From NCBI GenBank assembly GCA_951406725.2, contig OX597822.1, positions 31,992,001-32,056,000 on the forward strand: 64,000 bases of DNA, read 5' to 3'. Source of the stretch: Octopus vulgaris (lineage: Eukaryota). Under the pieces are notes generated by a model. It was given only the letters and a program-made list of their open reading frames with translations, had not been told where the DNA came from and did no database searches. Numbering within the stretch: position 1 is the first letter of the stretch; each line of letters begins with the position of its first letter. Of this stretch, positions 1 to 13,131 are shown in pieces. The translations under genes and the position numbers were made by a program.

Positions 1-519
1 TTGATGCTTAACTCTACCGGTTTTCGTAAATACCTACGTACCCAAGTCGAAACATACTCAAACAGATGCGTACGCAATCGATCACTCACAAAAGTTGTAC
101 AGAATAAGATATGAGTTAGATGGAGGAAGTATCGAATTTACAATTGGGAAGGGCTCCAAGACTGGAGCCCTTCTGGAGTTAGTTTCGAGAAACACCAGGG
201 TACAGAGAAAAAAATTCCAGGTCTGTGCATGATGAGTTGTCGTTGAAGGAAGAATTTAGAGTTAAGTAGGTTCGAAGACTGCATTTCCTAGAGCTGGTTT
301 TCAGGAACACAAAAGATCATGTTTGCGCGGAGTCTTTAAATACAAACATTAGACTCAGGAGGGTTTTAACCAGTATTTCATAGAACTTGTTTTCAGGTAG
401 AGTATATTCCTCTGAAAAACTCTTTGTGAAATGAAGTTTCGTTAAATAAAATTTGTTAAAAGTTTACTTAATTAAAACAAAAATGACGAGCAATATTTTA
501 CAAATAAAATCTTAATTGA

Positions 520-801
520 CACTCCGTCCGTTAAGACGGGGAGTGTTTCCGTTGTCTGCTCGTGAAATTAACGTGCAAGTGACCGAGTACTCCACAAACA
601 CGCGTACCTTTGACGTAGTTGTCAGTGTGATTTAGCGTGAACAAAATGTGATAGAGCTGGCCCTTTTAAATTACAGGTACTACTCATTTTGACAGCTGAG
701 TGGATTAGAGCAACGTGAAATAAAGTGTCGGGCCGCATATCGAACTCACAACTCTACTATCTTGAGCCGGATACCCTAACCGCAAAGCTATGTGTCTTCA
801 C
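520..801 (-). mobile_element. tRNA-derived SINE, degenerate; tail shared with the SINEs at 28307 and 56357
   Basis: Reverse-strand tRNA-like head near 740-801 and core actcattttgacagctgagtggattagagcaacgtgaaataaagtgtc. Tail actccgtc..gctcgtgaaattaacgtg matches the copies at 28307 and 56357. Confidence 0.7.
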
Positions 802-2039
802 ATACCCAAATAATACATCATGTTGTCTTTTATTGTTGAATAAGAACAAATTTTCTGTTTAATACAATTACTTCATTTAATAATTGGTTATAATTAGGAA
901 TGTTCTTTTCTCTTAAATATGGGAATGGTTAGCTTGAACTTTTGAAATCGTGCAAGAGTTTTGTTATAAAATAAGTTTCGTGTTCATGCTATTAATTTGC
1001 CGGTTCCTACTTAAAAATTATATTAGAAAGTATCACTAAAATCGAAAACATATGCCTTGTAACTATTTTTCGGGCCCATGCGGTTTGTGAGGTCCTAAAC
1101 TGTTGATTCTTAGCTTATACCTAAATCCAACATACTCTAGGTGGTAGATGTGGTGGTGTTACTCTTTTCTATCGGATGTGTTTCCCCTTCTTCATTATGT
1201 GACCTTGTGGGAAAATGTGAGAAATCAATATAACATTTATCAGTATTCCATAAAACTGCTTCAATCAACAACAAAAGCTGTCAAAACAACAACAAACAAA
1301 CAATAGTGCGATATAAGCAGCAGCAGTAGTACTAGCAGTAACAGCAGCTCAGCCGAAGCAGCAACATCTCGCCTTCTCAAATTACGGAGAAGAGTGAGAA
1401 CAGAAACAAAAACAAAAAGAAAAAAAGAGAGGAAGAAATAGAAGAAAAAAAATCCTTTAGTAATAGCAATCCTTCCTTTATGTTATAATGAGTAAGATGA
1501 AGGGAAGCGAAGCAGTTCACGGCTGCAGGCTTTTAGAACATGTTATCATTTATTTGTATCAATGACACAATGAAAGAATGGAAAGAAAAGTTGACTCATG
1601 AAATTTGAAGCGAGAACGTAAAAGATCGTGAACTAAATACACACAATTTCGCCATTCTGCTCTACCAGTTTACCATTTACATTAGTATGTATTCGTTGAC
1701 AAGTGTTTCACTGTAGAAATCGCCGATGTTGTCGTTTAGTTCTGAGTTGATAGAGAAGGATAAGAACCACAAAATAGCTTTTATTTTCAGATATATTCAG
1801 TCTAGATTTTACACTATCCATTTTATTTTTCTTCAAGTCGGTAGGATGTGATTTCAAAGAGAATTTCGCTGCTGTTTACTAGGAGGCTGAGTGACCGTGT
1901 AGAGGCCTCTGGTTTTGGTTCGAGTGTTTAGTTACAGTGTAGTGTACGGGTACATTGGAGTAGCATAATTTAATGCACAAGGATGCACGATTATCGAATA
2001 AGATGTTAGCTTTGCAACCCGAGCACCGAATGTGATTCC

Positions 2040-2441
2040 GTACAAATGGCCGAGTACTCCACAAACACACGTACCTTTCACATAGTTGTCAGTGTGATTC
2101 AGCGTGACACAAAATGTGATAAAGCTGGCTCTTTTAAATTACAGGTACTATTCATTTTGACAGCTGAGTGGATTGAAGCAACATGAAATAAAATGTCTGA
2201 CCAGATATCGAACTCACAACTTTACGATCTTGAGCCGGATACCGTAACTACAAAGCCATGTGCCTTCACATGCCCAAGTAATGTATAATTTCTTTTATTT
2301 CTCTATAACAAATTTTCTGTTTAATACAATTACTTCATTTAATAATTTGTTATAATTAGGAATGTTCTTTTCTCTTAAATATGGGAATGGGTAGCTTGAA
2401 CGTTTGAATATCGTGCAAGAGTTTTGTTACAAAACAAGTTT
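2040..2441. repeat. Local diverged duplicate of 573-978 (SINE part plus unique flank)
   Basis: Colinear match that includes non-SINE flank (aattttctgtttaatacaattacttcatttaataatt...gtgcaagagttttgtta). Bracketed by a 31-bp direct repeat at 2011-2041 and 2439-2469. Confidence 0.85.
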
Positions 2442-3475
2442 GCAGCCCGAGCACCGAATGTGGTTCCGTTGAGTGAAATCACAGACAAGAGTTTTTATTC
2501 CAGTCACAATATTGCCTAACCCTTTTGAGTGAAACTGTGTTGACGGTAATTTGGTAGAAGCCTGTCGTATGAATTGTGTGCGTAGCATAAAAATCCAGGC
2601 TTGTTACACATGGTTGATTCTGTTCGAGAACTGTATTAAATGTACGCGTGTCTGCGGATTTGCTAAGCCACTTAATTAAATGAGCAAGTATTTCTGTCGA
2701 TCGAACCATAAATTACACATCGCAGAAAGCGACGGAGACCCACTTATAATAATTTATGAGCATTATTGCTTTTTATGGTGTTCAGGAAGTTTAAATATTT
2801 CGGCAGGCCAACATAATTCTAGGAAGAAGAGATGTAGCAAAAAGAAAAGCCAGAACAACAATATCAAAAGGAGCAATGTTCATAGCATTAGCCTGGCAAC
2901 GTTCCTAGATCAATCTGTTGGAAGATGCAACGCCTAAACTTCTACAAAAGGAACTAAGTAAACTATTCATACAAAAGCATTGATATAGTGTAATCAGGTG
3001 CTTCGGCAGTGACGAAAAGGGTGTGGTACCATCATCGGAAAGGTTAACAATTCATATCTTGCCAATCGGTGCTGAACTCTCTCCATGGCCAAGACATTAA
3101 AATCTTATTTATGACGCAGATTGTTTACTTAGCTGAAAATAGCATTAATAAAACGGTACTGCATACTACTTTCGAAAGTAGAAGTTTCACCGTGGAATTA
3201 ACAACGGTTTCGTTAACCTATTCCTTAGAGTTCGCTTTCATTTTGTGCTTCTCGTTAAGTGTTTTTTTTATGTCTTCGAGACATAAAATACAATGTAGTT
3301 AAAGTCAAAAAAAGTTAGATAGCTGCTGCAAGTAACGGAAACAACCATTTCTATTTAATTTCATTAAACGTTCTGCAAAAGTACAATACACTAAAAACCG
3401 AATATGTTAAATGTCAGGGACGTATTGCGGTGAAGTACTTATGACAGGTAGTAGACATTGTTAAAGTATATAATA

Positions 3476-4043
3476 AAGGCGGCGAGCTGGCAGAAACGTT
3501 AGCACGCCGGGCGAAATGCGTAGCCGTATTTCATCTGCCGTTACGTTGTGAGTTCAAATTCCGCCGTGTTCGAATTCGCCTTTCATCCTTTGAGGGTCGA
3601 TAAATTGAATACCAGTTACGCACTGGGGTCGATGTAATTGACTTAATTCCTTTGTCTCTCCTTGTTTGCCCACTCTATGTTTAGCCCCTTGTGGGTAGTG
3701 AAGAAATAGGTATTTCGTCTGCCGCTACGTTCTGAGTTCAAATTCCGCCGATGTCGATTTTGCCTTTCATCCTTTCGGGGTCGATTAAATAAGCACCAGT
3801 TACGCACTGGGGTCGATATAATCGATTTAATCCGTTTGTCTGTCCTTGTTTGTCCCCTCTATGTCTAGCCCCTTGTGGGTAGTAAAGAAATAGGTATTTC
3901 GTCCGTCTTTACGATCTGAGTTTAAATTCTGCTGAGGTCGACTTTGCCTTTCATCCTTTCGGGCTCGATGAAATAAGTACCAGTTAAACACTGGGGTCGA
4001 TATCGTTGACTAGCCCTCCTCCTGCCTATAGTAGAAAGGATTA
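3476..4043 (+). mobile_element. Trimeric tRNA-derived SINE (head plus three ~184-bp body units)
   Basis: Head ggcggcgagctggcagaaacgttagc. Unit gtatttc..ctgagttcaaattccgccg..gcctttcatcctttcggggtcg recurs at ~3527, 3710 and 3894. TSD TTAAAGTATATA at 3461-3472 and 4044-4055. Confidence 0.85.
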
Positions 4044-4191
4044 TTAAAGTATATAGTTAAAGAAATCAACGGAAATCAACAACAAAAAGAAAATAAGTAT
4101 TTTGACAACAATAATAAAATTACTTACAAACATATGAACAGTCATACAAACATACTTATAATACATATATATTTATACATGTGTGTATATA

Positions 4192-5620
4192 TTAGGGTGT
4201 TCGGAAAATAATTGCGTTTCACCAAAAAGGATATAAAACGAATGTAAATTACATCTATCCCAAAAGTATTAATTAAGAATGTAATCACCACCCTTTTCAA
4301 CGACTTGCAGCTCTGCCAGTAAGTAAGGTTTTCTTAATACCGTGTTCAAAGAAGCCTATTTCTGTTCGTGAAAATCTTCTGAAAGACAGTTATCAACTTC
4401 CTCTCTGTTTCTAAATGTTTCGCCTACTATAAAATGTTCTGGAGAGCGGAACAGATGGAAATCCATAGGTGCTAAGTCAGCTGAATATGGGAGATGCGGA
4501 AGAACTTGCCGTCCAAACGACCGTATTTTTTCTGGAACTTTGTTTTGAAGAGTGTGCCCGTGGATTGTCATGCTGGAGAATAACAACACCTTCTCTGTTT
4601 ACCAAAGCTGGCCACTTTCGACATAACTTTTCATTTACACAATCAACTGTTGGCAATAATGTACTGCATTGATGATCCTTCCCTTTTCCAGTAGCTCCTA
4701 ATGGACGATACTTTTTATGCTCCATCAAACACAGAGTAAAAAAAAAATTGTGGATCGAGTTCTGGTTTTGGTGTTGGCATTGAACTCTCATTACATAGTA
4801 ACCATTGTCTTTTTCGTTTTCGGCTGTAATAGAAAACCCATTTTTCATCACCTATAACAATAAGCTGAAGAAATGACAGGTTGTTATTCCTGGTTAGAAA
4901 GCTGTTCGGTTCCCAAGTGTAACTCATATGGAATCCAAATTCTCTCTTTACACTGTTTTCCCAATTTACAGTTGAACATAACACATAAAATTATGGGGCA
5001 AATCTCTGGTGTCCTGGTGTGGATCAAATACAATAGTTTTATTCAAAAGGTCATCATTCAAAGTGGGTAGTCTTCCAGAGGGAGGCTTGTTAGATATGTC
5101 ACAATCGCCATCTTTAACCCTTTAGTGTTCACATTATTCTGCCACAATTAATGCTTTTTTTCATCCACATTGTTTTGACTTAATCATGCATTATGTTGTA
5201 GCTATGAGAATTTGATGAGGCAGATGTTAATTTTTAAAACGATATTGTAGGGTTGGTGTGAAAGACCAGATCTGTCCAGTTTGAACATAAAACAGGCAGA
5301 ATACTTTTGGCCGGATATGGCCGGTTTAAATGCTAAAGGGTTAAAACTTTTGAGCTCACAGCCGACATTTACGAGCTTTCACTGCATCCGGATGCACTTC
5401 ACAAATGTTTTTCAATGCTTCTGTTGCGGTACTTTCCTTTCGAAATTCATACAGGAAGCAATGGCGAATATGTTGTTTCATAAAGTTCTTAATCTCCATG
5501 GGGTTAATTACAGAAATAACTATGAATGACATAATGCTGAATAGAAGAGATGATATATTATTTCTAAACAGCTCCTGGCCGTTGGACATTGGCTCTAACG
5601 TGATTTTTTGATTCATATTT
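4192..5620 (-). mobile_element. Degenerate mariner transposon (transposase pseudogene)
   Basis: Fragments in several frames: HIRHCFLYEF, GDEKWVFY, LQHDNPRAH, HLPYSADLAPMDFHLFRS. TIR-like end ta|ttagggtgttcggaaa at 4192. Confidence 0.85.
5118..5340. mobile_element. piggyBac-type non-autonomous MITE inserted in the mariner ORF
   Basis: TTAA|CCCTTTAG...CTAAAGGG|TTAA. Removing it rejoins mariner-like coding sequence (..KDGDCDISNKPPSGRLPTLNDD). Confidence 0.85.
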
Positions 5621-5636
5621 CATTGTGGTGAACATA

Positions 5637-6100
5637 CAGGGTGCGGTGAATAAACTGTCATCTAAATTACGCAAAAATGAAAATAATACTGTCATCTCAT
5701 TTTAACAGATATATTTACCAAAAATACATGAAAATATCGTGAAATACTAAAGAGTAAATTTATTCAACAAAATCACCATTGGCCTCCAGATGACTTCGGA
5801 ATCTCCTGCATCTCTTTTGGACAATCTTCTTGTTTATGTTGGTGAATGCTGACGTAATCGTTGCATTCAATTCATCTTTGTTGCCACAAGGAGTTTTTTT
5901 GGTCTCGCTCAACTGCATCCCACACAAAATAATCAATGGCGTCGCAGTCTGGGGAGTTAAGTGGCCAGATGTTAGGGGTGACGTGGCCGCAGAAATTGTC
6001 TGACAGCTATGACTGGGTTCTCCAGTTTGTGTGACAAGTAGCAGAGTCCTGTTGCCAGACATAGGGTCTCCTAGCAGCCACCCTCTTGACTCGGGGTAGC
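5637..6100 (-). mobile_element. 3' fragment of DD37D (maT-like) Tc1/mariner element
   Basis: TIR ta|cagggtgcggtgaataaa. Homologous to 16715-17590 and 53648-54624. Confidence 0.8.
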
Positions 6101-6215
6101 ACGAAAGCAAAATAAAACTATATTTCATTCAAAAATTGAAAGTATTTTTAAAAGCCCCAAAATATAAAGTAGATTATGATTGGAGATGACAATTCACTCA
6201 AAATAGCTGTAGTTA

Positions 6216-7443
6216 CGTGGGGCGTTCAATAAGTAATGCCCCTGACCCACTTCCCATAGCAGTAGAGCAACGACACTTGGCACAGTTATTAGTCTTTTCC
6301 TACATAGGAACTACCCAGAGTTATGCATTTCTCCCATCGTTTGATACAGCTCTGGAGACCGTTTTTCTAGAAGACCCCAGCTTGGTCCTCCAACCACGAC
6401 GTGACTTCAGAAATCAAGGTTGCATCATCTGGGAAACGCTTTCCTTTCAAAATCAACTTCATGGCTGGAAAGAGGTGAAAATCAGAGGGTGCAAGGGGAG
6501 GAGTTCATAGCTGCACGCCTGTGCTTCTGATCTGGCGACACGCGAGTTGTGGATCGGAGCGTTGTCCTGCAGGAGGAGGATGCCTTTGCTGATCTTGCCC
6601 CGCCTCTTGATTTTGATAGCTTCTCTTAATTTCCTCAAAAGTGAAGCATGATAGGCTCCTGTAATTGTGGTACCCTTTGCCAGGAAATCTGTCATCACTA
6701 CTCCGTCCTGGTCCCAGAAGACTGTGAGCATAACCTTGTCAGCGGAGGGCTGCACCCTTGCCTTCTTTGGAGGAGGTGAGTCACGGTGCTTTCACTGCAT
6801 TTACTGGGCTTTGGTCTATGGATCATAGTGATGAACCCAGGTTTTATCCTGTGTGATCAGTCTTTTGAAAAATTTTGACTCATCTTCTTGGCACATCTCC
6901 AAATTCATCCTCGAGCACTCAACGCGTTCTTGCTTCTGGAAAGGTGTGAAGCAACCTGGAAATCCATCTGGCAGACACCTTTTGCATATGCAAATGGTCA
7001 TGAATGATAGTTTCCACAGACCCGGTACTAATCTTGACCTTATGGGCTATTTGGCGAATAGTTATGCGTTGACCTTCCAAAATGGCAGCCTCAACTTGAC
7101 GGACAGACTGCCACAGAGTTCCGACTATGTTTGAATTCACGATGCCAGCGTTTTACAAGGTCATATGATGGGGCATCATCACCATAAGTTACTTTCATTT
7201 CATCAAAAGTCTCCCGTGGTGTGCGTCCTTTCAAATACAAAAACCAGATCACTGCTTGACACTCAACAGGCTCCATTTCACACTTGACTCAGTTCAAACA
7301 CCTGTAAATCAGAAACCACAATTAATTCAGAGCTGTAATTTGCCACTTACTCTATAGAGGTATAAATAAGTGCACATGCAAAATTACAGCTAGATCAAAT
7401 AATTGCAAGTGGGTCAGAGGCATTACTTATTGAACGCCCCTCG
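6216..7443 (-). mobile_element. Near full-length mariner (irritans/Himar1-like), transposase disrupted
   Basis: ~37-bp TIRs cg(t/a)ggggcgttcaataagtaatgcc..ctgacccactt with TA TSD. ORF pieces MEPVECQAVIWFLYLKG, KVSARWISRLL, ITQDKTWVHHYDP, KVMLTVFWD, LLQDNAP. Confidence 0.92.
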
Positions 7444-8016
7444 TAGCATCCACTATGGCCTCAAAACGGCTCTAGAACATGACGCATGAAACAATGTCGC
7501 TGGGAACATCTTCCAACAGCACCTGGCCACCATCTCAGGTTTTGTATTGCAGTCAGAGTGCTGTTTTTCTCAAACGTACCCCACACGTTTGCGGGGGTAT
7601 GGCGAAGAACCGAATCCTGCTTCTAAACATACGACTTTGAAGCAGCATCCTATTCCAGATTCTAACAGCTTTATATGAATTGAGACTAAGACACTGTTCA
7701 TCTGTTGCTGGATGAGCAGCGGCGTGCGGCCGCAGTCAGAACGCCTAATGTGTTCCTGCTCGCCACGATTTCGTAGTCTCCGTTGGTGTTGCACATATCA
7801 CGTCCTACTGCACTTACAGCACAGAGCAGTGAGCAGCAGTCATGATGTCGGCATTTTGATACATACCTGATGTTAATGATCACGACACAGGTAACTCTTC
7901 CATATCTTTATGGTAGCTAAAATTTTCTCTACAGCAACTTGAATCTTTATGTTCCTCATGCCGTTAACTGTTCACAATAGATAAATCTGTTCATGAGCAC
8001 ACTATATCTGTCTATT

Positions 8017-8017
8017 C

Positions 8018-8101
<84 letters not shown>

Positions 8102-8178
8102 GTCTGTCTGTCTGTCTGTCAGTCAGTCAGTCAGTCTGTCTGTCTGTCTGTCTGTCTATCTTGCTATCTATCTATCTA

Positions 8179-8216
<38 letters not shown>

Positions 8217-8246
8217 TCTCTCTCTCTTTATATATATATATATATA
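8017..8246. repeat. Compound microsatellite (ATCT)n/(GTCT)n/(CT)n/(TA)n
   Basis: Direct reading. Confidence 0.95.
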
Positions 8247-8790
8247 AATGAAAAGATGTATTTTAAATACAGAAACGAGAAATAAAGGTAACGTATACCG
8301 TATATTGAGTACACGACAGAAGGTCCCTAATTCTTAATCAGTTACCAACTAGATGCTATTACTCAGTTTCGCACCGTTTATGATAAAACTGAGGTGCTTC
8401 TCATGCTGGCGATGCCCGAGAAAGCTGCGGAAACTACAGAGCCGAGAGCGAACAAAACACGGATAACAAGCGGTGCAGAGTGAACATGCGAAAGTGAATA
8501 AATGTAATTTAAGACGACGGCCAAAGGACAAAGATGATATAAATAAGAAACGAGCAAAATATAGGCTCAGGGCCAAAAAGACACGAATGGGGGTAACGCT
8601 TAGAAGTCGATCCTAAAGGATAAAAATAAAAACAACAAATAGCATATCATGTACCAGTGGGGCACGAGAATTTAGGACCGATGAGCTATGCCATGGTTAT
8701 AAAGAAGGGAGACAAAGAAAGAAAGGCTAGCCACGGGTCATGTGTCGTTAGCAGGCCGAGAAGAAGGAGGTTGAGAGAGAGGGACAGAGG

Positions 8791-8835
<45 letters not shown>

Positions 8836-9207
8836 CAAAAGTCGAAAGAAAAAGAGGGAGAAAGAGGAAGGGCTAGAAATAGAGTCGCACGGATATATAA
8901 ATAGCTTAGTGTTAATAAAAGTCAGAGTGCGTTGGGTTCTGTTACTTAATAGATGAAAAAATGTATTGCAAATACACAAACCACAAATAAACAAACAAAC
9001 AAACACACACACACACATGATGGACACTCCCGTCGGAGATGACGTATGAACGTTCAGATTTTGCCGAACGACCATCACAAATGATTACTTTATATTGATC
9101 AAAATTTCGTAGCGCACATTTGCTCACTCTCTCCATGAAATCGATGCTGTCGCAGAGCAAGGTGAGATGAAGTGTTCTGCTCAAAAACACAACGAACCAT
9201 CCGGTCA

Positions 9208-9240
9208 TACGAGGTGCGTTCAAAAAGTATCCGACTTTAT
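9208..9240. mobile_element. Isolated mariner-type TIR relic
   Basis: ta|cgaggtgcgttcaaaaagtatccgac resembles the TIR at 6216. No partner end identified. Confidence 0.45.
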
Positions 9241-9859
9241 TATTTTGTCTGTCAAACAAAATCTTTTAGAAGGAAGATAACACCATCTATTCTGCGTGCG
9301 CAAGAAAATTTCGGCGCCGAAATTTCTCAATTTCTCAATTCGAGGGCTGCAGACTCTTACTCCTTAAAGTTTTCACATTACAGTTGTTCTACTCTGGTAT
9401 GCGTGACTATATAGCCACCTTAAATTTAGAAAACCTGATACTTGGCACCATAATATATTTGCACGTTGGTGATGACTTGGTGCACATCTTTAGCATGAAT
9501 TGGAAATCGCTTGCAGACAATATCTAATAATCACAATTATCTATAACGAGCAAAACGTCCCCCGTCCAATGGACAGTGCTGAGTTGTCAAACATTTAAAC
9601 CAAATTTTCTCAAAGCAACTTGCCCGACCGTCCCATAGGCCTCCCCTTTGAGAAACACTGATTTTACCTAAATTTGAGACACCAGCAAAAGAAGAAATAA
9701 AGATAGACATTGTTTCTATTTCAAAGAAAAACAATTTTATTCACACAAATATGCAGCCGAAGAGTTTAAAGTACCAGTAGTGATAAAGCTGTTGACTGGG
9801 AGAACACAAACATGGTTTAAATAGTAAGCTTGGCAGGAAAGAAACGTGCCTTTAAGCAG

Positions 9860-10097
9860 TACAATAACAACAAAAAATGGAAGGTTCAGTTATGTACAGG
9901 TTGACGGAAGAAAAGCAGGACAAAAACGGCTTTATCGATCGCATTCTCACCTGGAACCGAATTTTGTAATTTTTACAAGACTTATACACGCCTTGATACC
10001 GTCGGTATCTGCAGATCAAATTTGAGCGTAATCGGATGGAGGATACCCGAGTTCCTAGAAGACACACACACAGACAGAACGGATTTTATATAATAGA
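9860..10097 (-). mobile_element. Helitron-like non-autonomous element, 5' part
   Basis: Reverse strand starts a|TCtattatataaaa..ctgtctgtgtgtgt, like the Helitrons at 20471 and 61681. Left boundary approximate. Confidence 0.5.
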
Positions 10098-10715
10098 TTA
10101 TAGTAGGCAGCGAGATGAGAGACTCGTTATTGTGCTGGGCAAAATGTCGAGTGTAATTTCTTCCGGCTCCTTATGCTTTGAGTTCAAATTCCGCCAAGAT
10201 CGACTTTGCCTTTCAGCCTTTAGTAATTGGTAAGACAATTACTAGCCAAGGTCTAGGATTCGTGTAAAAGACTTCCCTCCCATTTCAGATTGCTAGCTTT
10301 GTAGTAAAATAAGAAAGAAATATTTCATAGTTATAGTATCGCTCTAAGTTGGCGGCCTTTCTCTTGGAAAAACATCGATGGTGCGGAAAAGGGAAATTCG
10401 CATGCAAGGGCAACTGCTAATCTCCCTAAAGAAATACTTCCTGTGTTTGCTCGTATGTATGCAGAAAACGATCACCCCAGATGAACGGAGGGTCCAAGAG
10501 TATTTTCATTCAATCTTTTCTACAGCTAAAACAATGGTCGCCGTTCATCAGAGTTCGCAACCTACACTTAAATGCTCGCAACTCCCTCTCTTTCTCCCCA
10601 CTATCTCTTCTTCTCGTCATCCATATTCTTTCTGCTTCTAACCACCTCACCCACTAACTTCTCCAGTCATTCTTCGTGTGCTTTCTCTTTTGTCTTCTTC
10701 TTTCACTTTCTTCTT

Positions 10716-11120
10716 TTACTTGTTTCAGTCATTTGACTGCGGCTATGCTGGAGCACCTGCTTTTAGTCGAGCAAATCGACCCCAGGACTTATTTTTTCTA
10801 AGCCTAGCACTTATTCTATCGGTCTCTTTTTGCCTAACCGCTAAGTTACAGGGATCTAAACACACCAGCATCGGTTGTCAAGCGATGGTTGTGGTGGTGT
10901 GGGGGACAAACACAGACGCACAAACATATATACACGCATACATATATACATATGCGACGGGCTCTTTTCCGTTTCCGTCTACCAAATTCACTCACAAGGA
11001 TTTGGTCTGCTCGAGGCTATAGTAGAAGACACTTGCCCAAAGTACCACGCAGTGGGACTGAACCCAGGACCATGTAAGTGGGTAAGCAAGCTACTTACCA
11101 CACATCCACTCCTGTACCTG
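10716..11120 (-). mobile_element. CORE-type tRNA SINE
   Basis: Reverse head gagtggatgtgtggtaagtagcttg..ggttcagtccc, CORE-like ttgggcaagtgtcttc, tail gctccagcatagccgcagtcaaatgactgaaacaagtaaaa. Confidence 0.85.
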
Positions 11121-11734
11121 TTTCTTTTTTCCCAGGAACCAACCAATTAGCAACTGCTTGAATGAAATAACAACTACAATAGCATCAAAGAATTCTGTGA
11201 AGCTTGCAAGACCAAGGCCACATACTTTTACCAAGTATGGCTTTTCTTTCTGTGGATAAATTTCGGTATTAATGTTTCTGTATTCTGTAGAAATTTCTGT
11301 ATAATTTCTTGTATTAATTATATTTGTATTAATTATACGCATATGCCAGTCTCATTAGAGCGCAAGGCTTATTCTCAATGCACAATCGAAGCTATAGTAT
11401 TTCGTTTACATTAGTTATTCTAATAACCTTTTGATGAATATACGATTATTATACTTTTCCAAATTTTTCTCTCTTCAGGCATTGAGATTTTGTATGAACA
11501 AAAAATTAAACGAAACCGAAATTTTCTTTTTAACGTTAAATCACTCACTTCGTTTCTATTGTAATCAGGGAAAAATGCAGGAAAAGAAAAGACACAAGCA
11601 AGCAAGTTATTTTAAAAGATGGAAAAAAAAGAGAAAAAACGAGAAAAATAATATAAATTAGGAATAATAGAGAAGAAGAAGGCATAAAAAAGAAAATATT
11701 GGTGCAACAGACGAAAAAATAATCGTAATTACGG

Positions 11735-12462
11735 AGCTGCTGCTGCCTGTTGAGTTGTTGTTTATGACGATGATGATGATGATGAGGAGGAGGAGGAGGA
11801 GGAAGAGGAGGAGGAAGAGGAGGAAAAGGAGGAGGAGATGGCGATAGCGACGGCAACGATGACGATAGTAATGATGATGGTGATTGTGATTGAATGAACA
11901 TGAAGCTGATGGTGATGATGATGGTTGTAGTGTTTGGATAAGAACGGTGATGATAATAATGATGATGATGATGATGATATCCATGATGATGATTATGATG
12001 ATGATGATGATGATGGTGATGATAATGATGAGGGTGGTGGTGGTGGTGGTGGTGACGGCGATGGCAGTGGTGTTGACGGTGGTGGTGGTGGTGGTGGTCA
12101 TTGTGGTGGCAAATGTAAGGGGATGATGATGACGTTGATTCTGATGCCGATCCTAATTGTGATGATGTTGACGATGAGGATGATGATGAGGATGATGATG
12201 ATGATGAGAGTAAACAAGAAGACAGAGGAAGGTGCATGAAAAGAAAGAAGGAAACGAAGAAAAAGAAAGCAGAGAAGTAAACAGGAAGAAATCGAAAAAA
12301 ACAAACAAAGAAACAAACACACACACACACAAAGAAAAAGTAAGAAACGAAAGTTGTAGAAAGAAAATAATTACAAAATATACTTTAAAAAATAGATTAA
12401 TAATAATTATAACAATAACAACAGAAGTACTAGTAAAAATAATAATAATAGTAATAATAATG

Positions 12463-12514
<52 letters not shown>

Positions 12515-12590
12515 CAATAATAATGATAATAGTAATAATAATAATCATAGTGATGATGATGATGATGATGATGATGACGACAACAACATT
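11735..12590. repeat. Long compound trinucleotide microsatellite (GAT/GGA/GGT/AAT)
   Basis: Direct reading; accounts for the homopolymer ORFs. Confidence 0.95.
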
Positions 12591-13131
12591 ATTTTTCGGT
12601 GAAGTAGAAGAATAAAATATGATGAAGAGAAAATGGCGGAAATGGCTTTGGTTTGTTGTCGTGTACCACATAACACTATGATAATAACATAATGGTTATA
12701 TAACTAACTCAGCAAGTACTTGTTTCTATAATGTTACAAGGGAAAATATTTGTAAAACATAAGGTGAAAAGGAGCAAAATATTTAAATGCGAAGAAATTT
12801 TTCGAAAGAATTTATTTTAACAGAAAGAAATAAAATTAAATAAATTAGTATGGCTTTAGTTTATGTAAAATTTCATTTCGTTAATTATTGCATTCTTATC
12901 TGAGAATACATGAATAGATTCTAATTACGGAGCTGAATTTCTATAAGGAATTATTGCGAAAATAATTCCAAATTTCTCTCAAGTTTATACAGTCCACAAT
13001 GCAGTTCTAATCGTTTCATATTACAACCAGCTGTCTGCCATGTACCATTCATTCGCTCACACATACACACACACACACACACACTTATATATGTATGTGT
13101 GTGCCTGTGTGCATATGCATATACATATCAT

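Noticed and set aside
11545-12671. Long His/Asp/Ile-rich ORFs
   Set aside because: Trinucleotide microsatellite artefacts. The same applies to 22391-23223.
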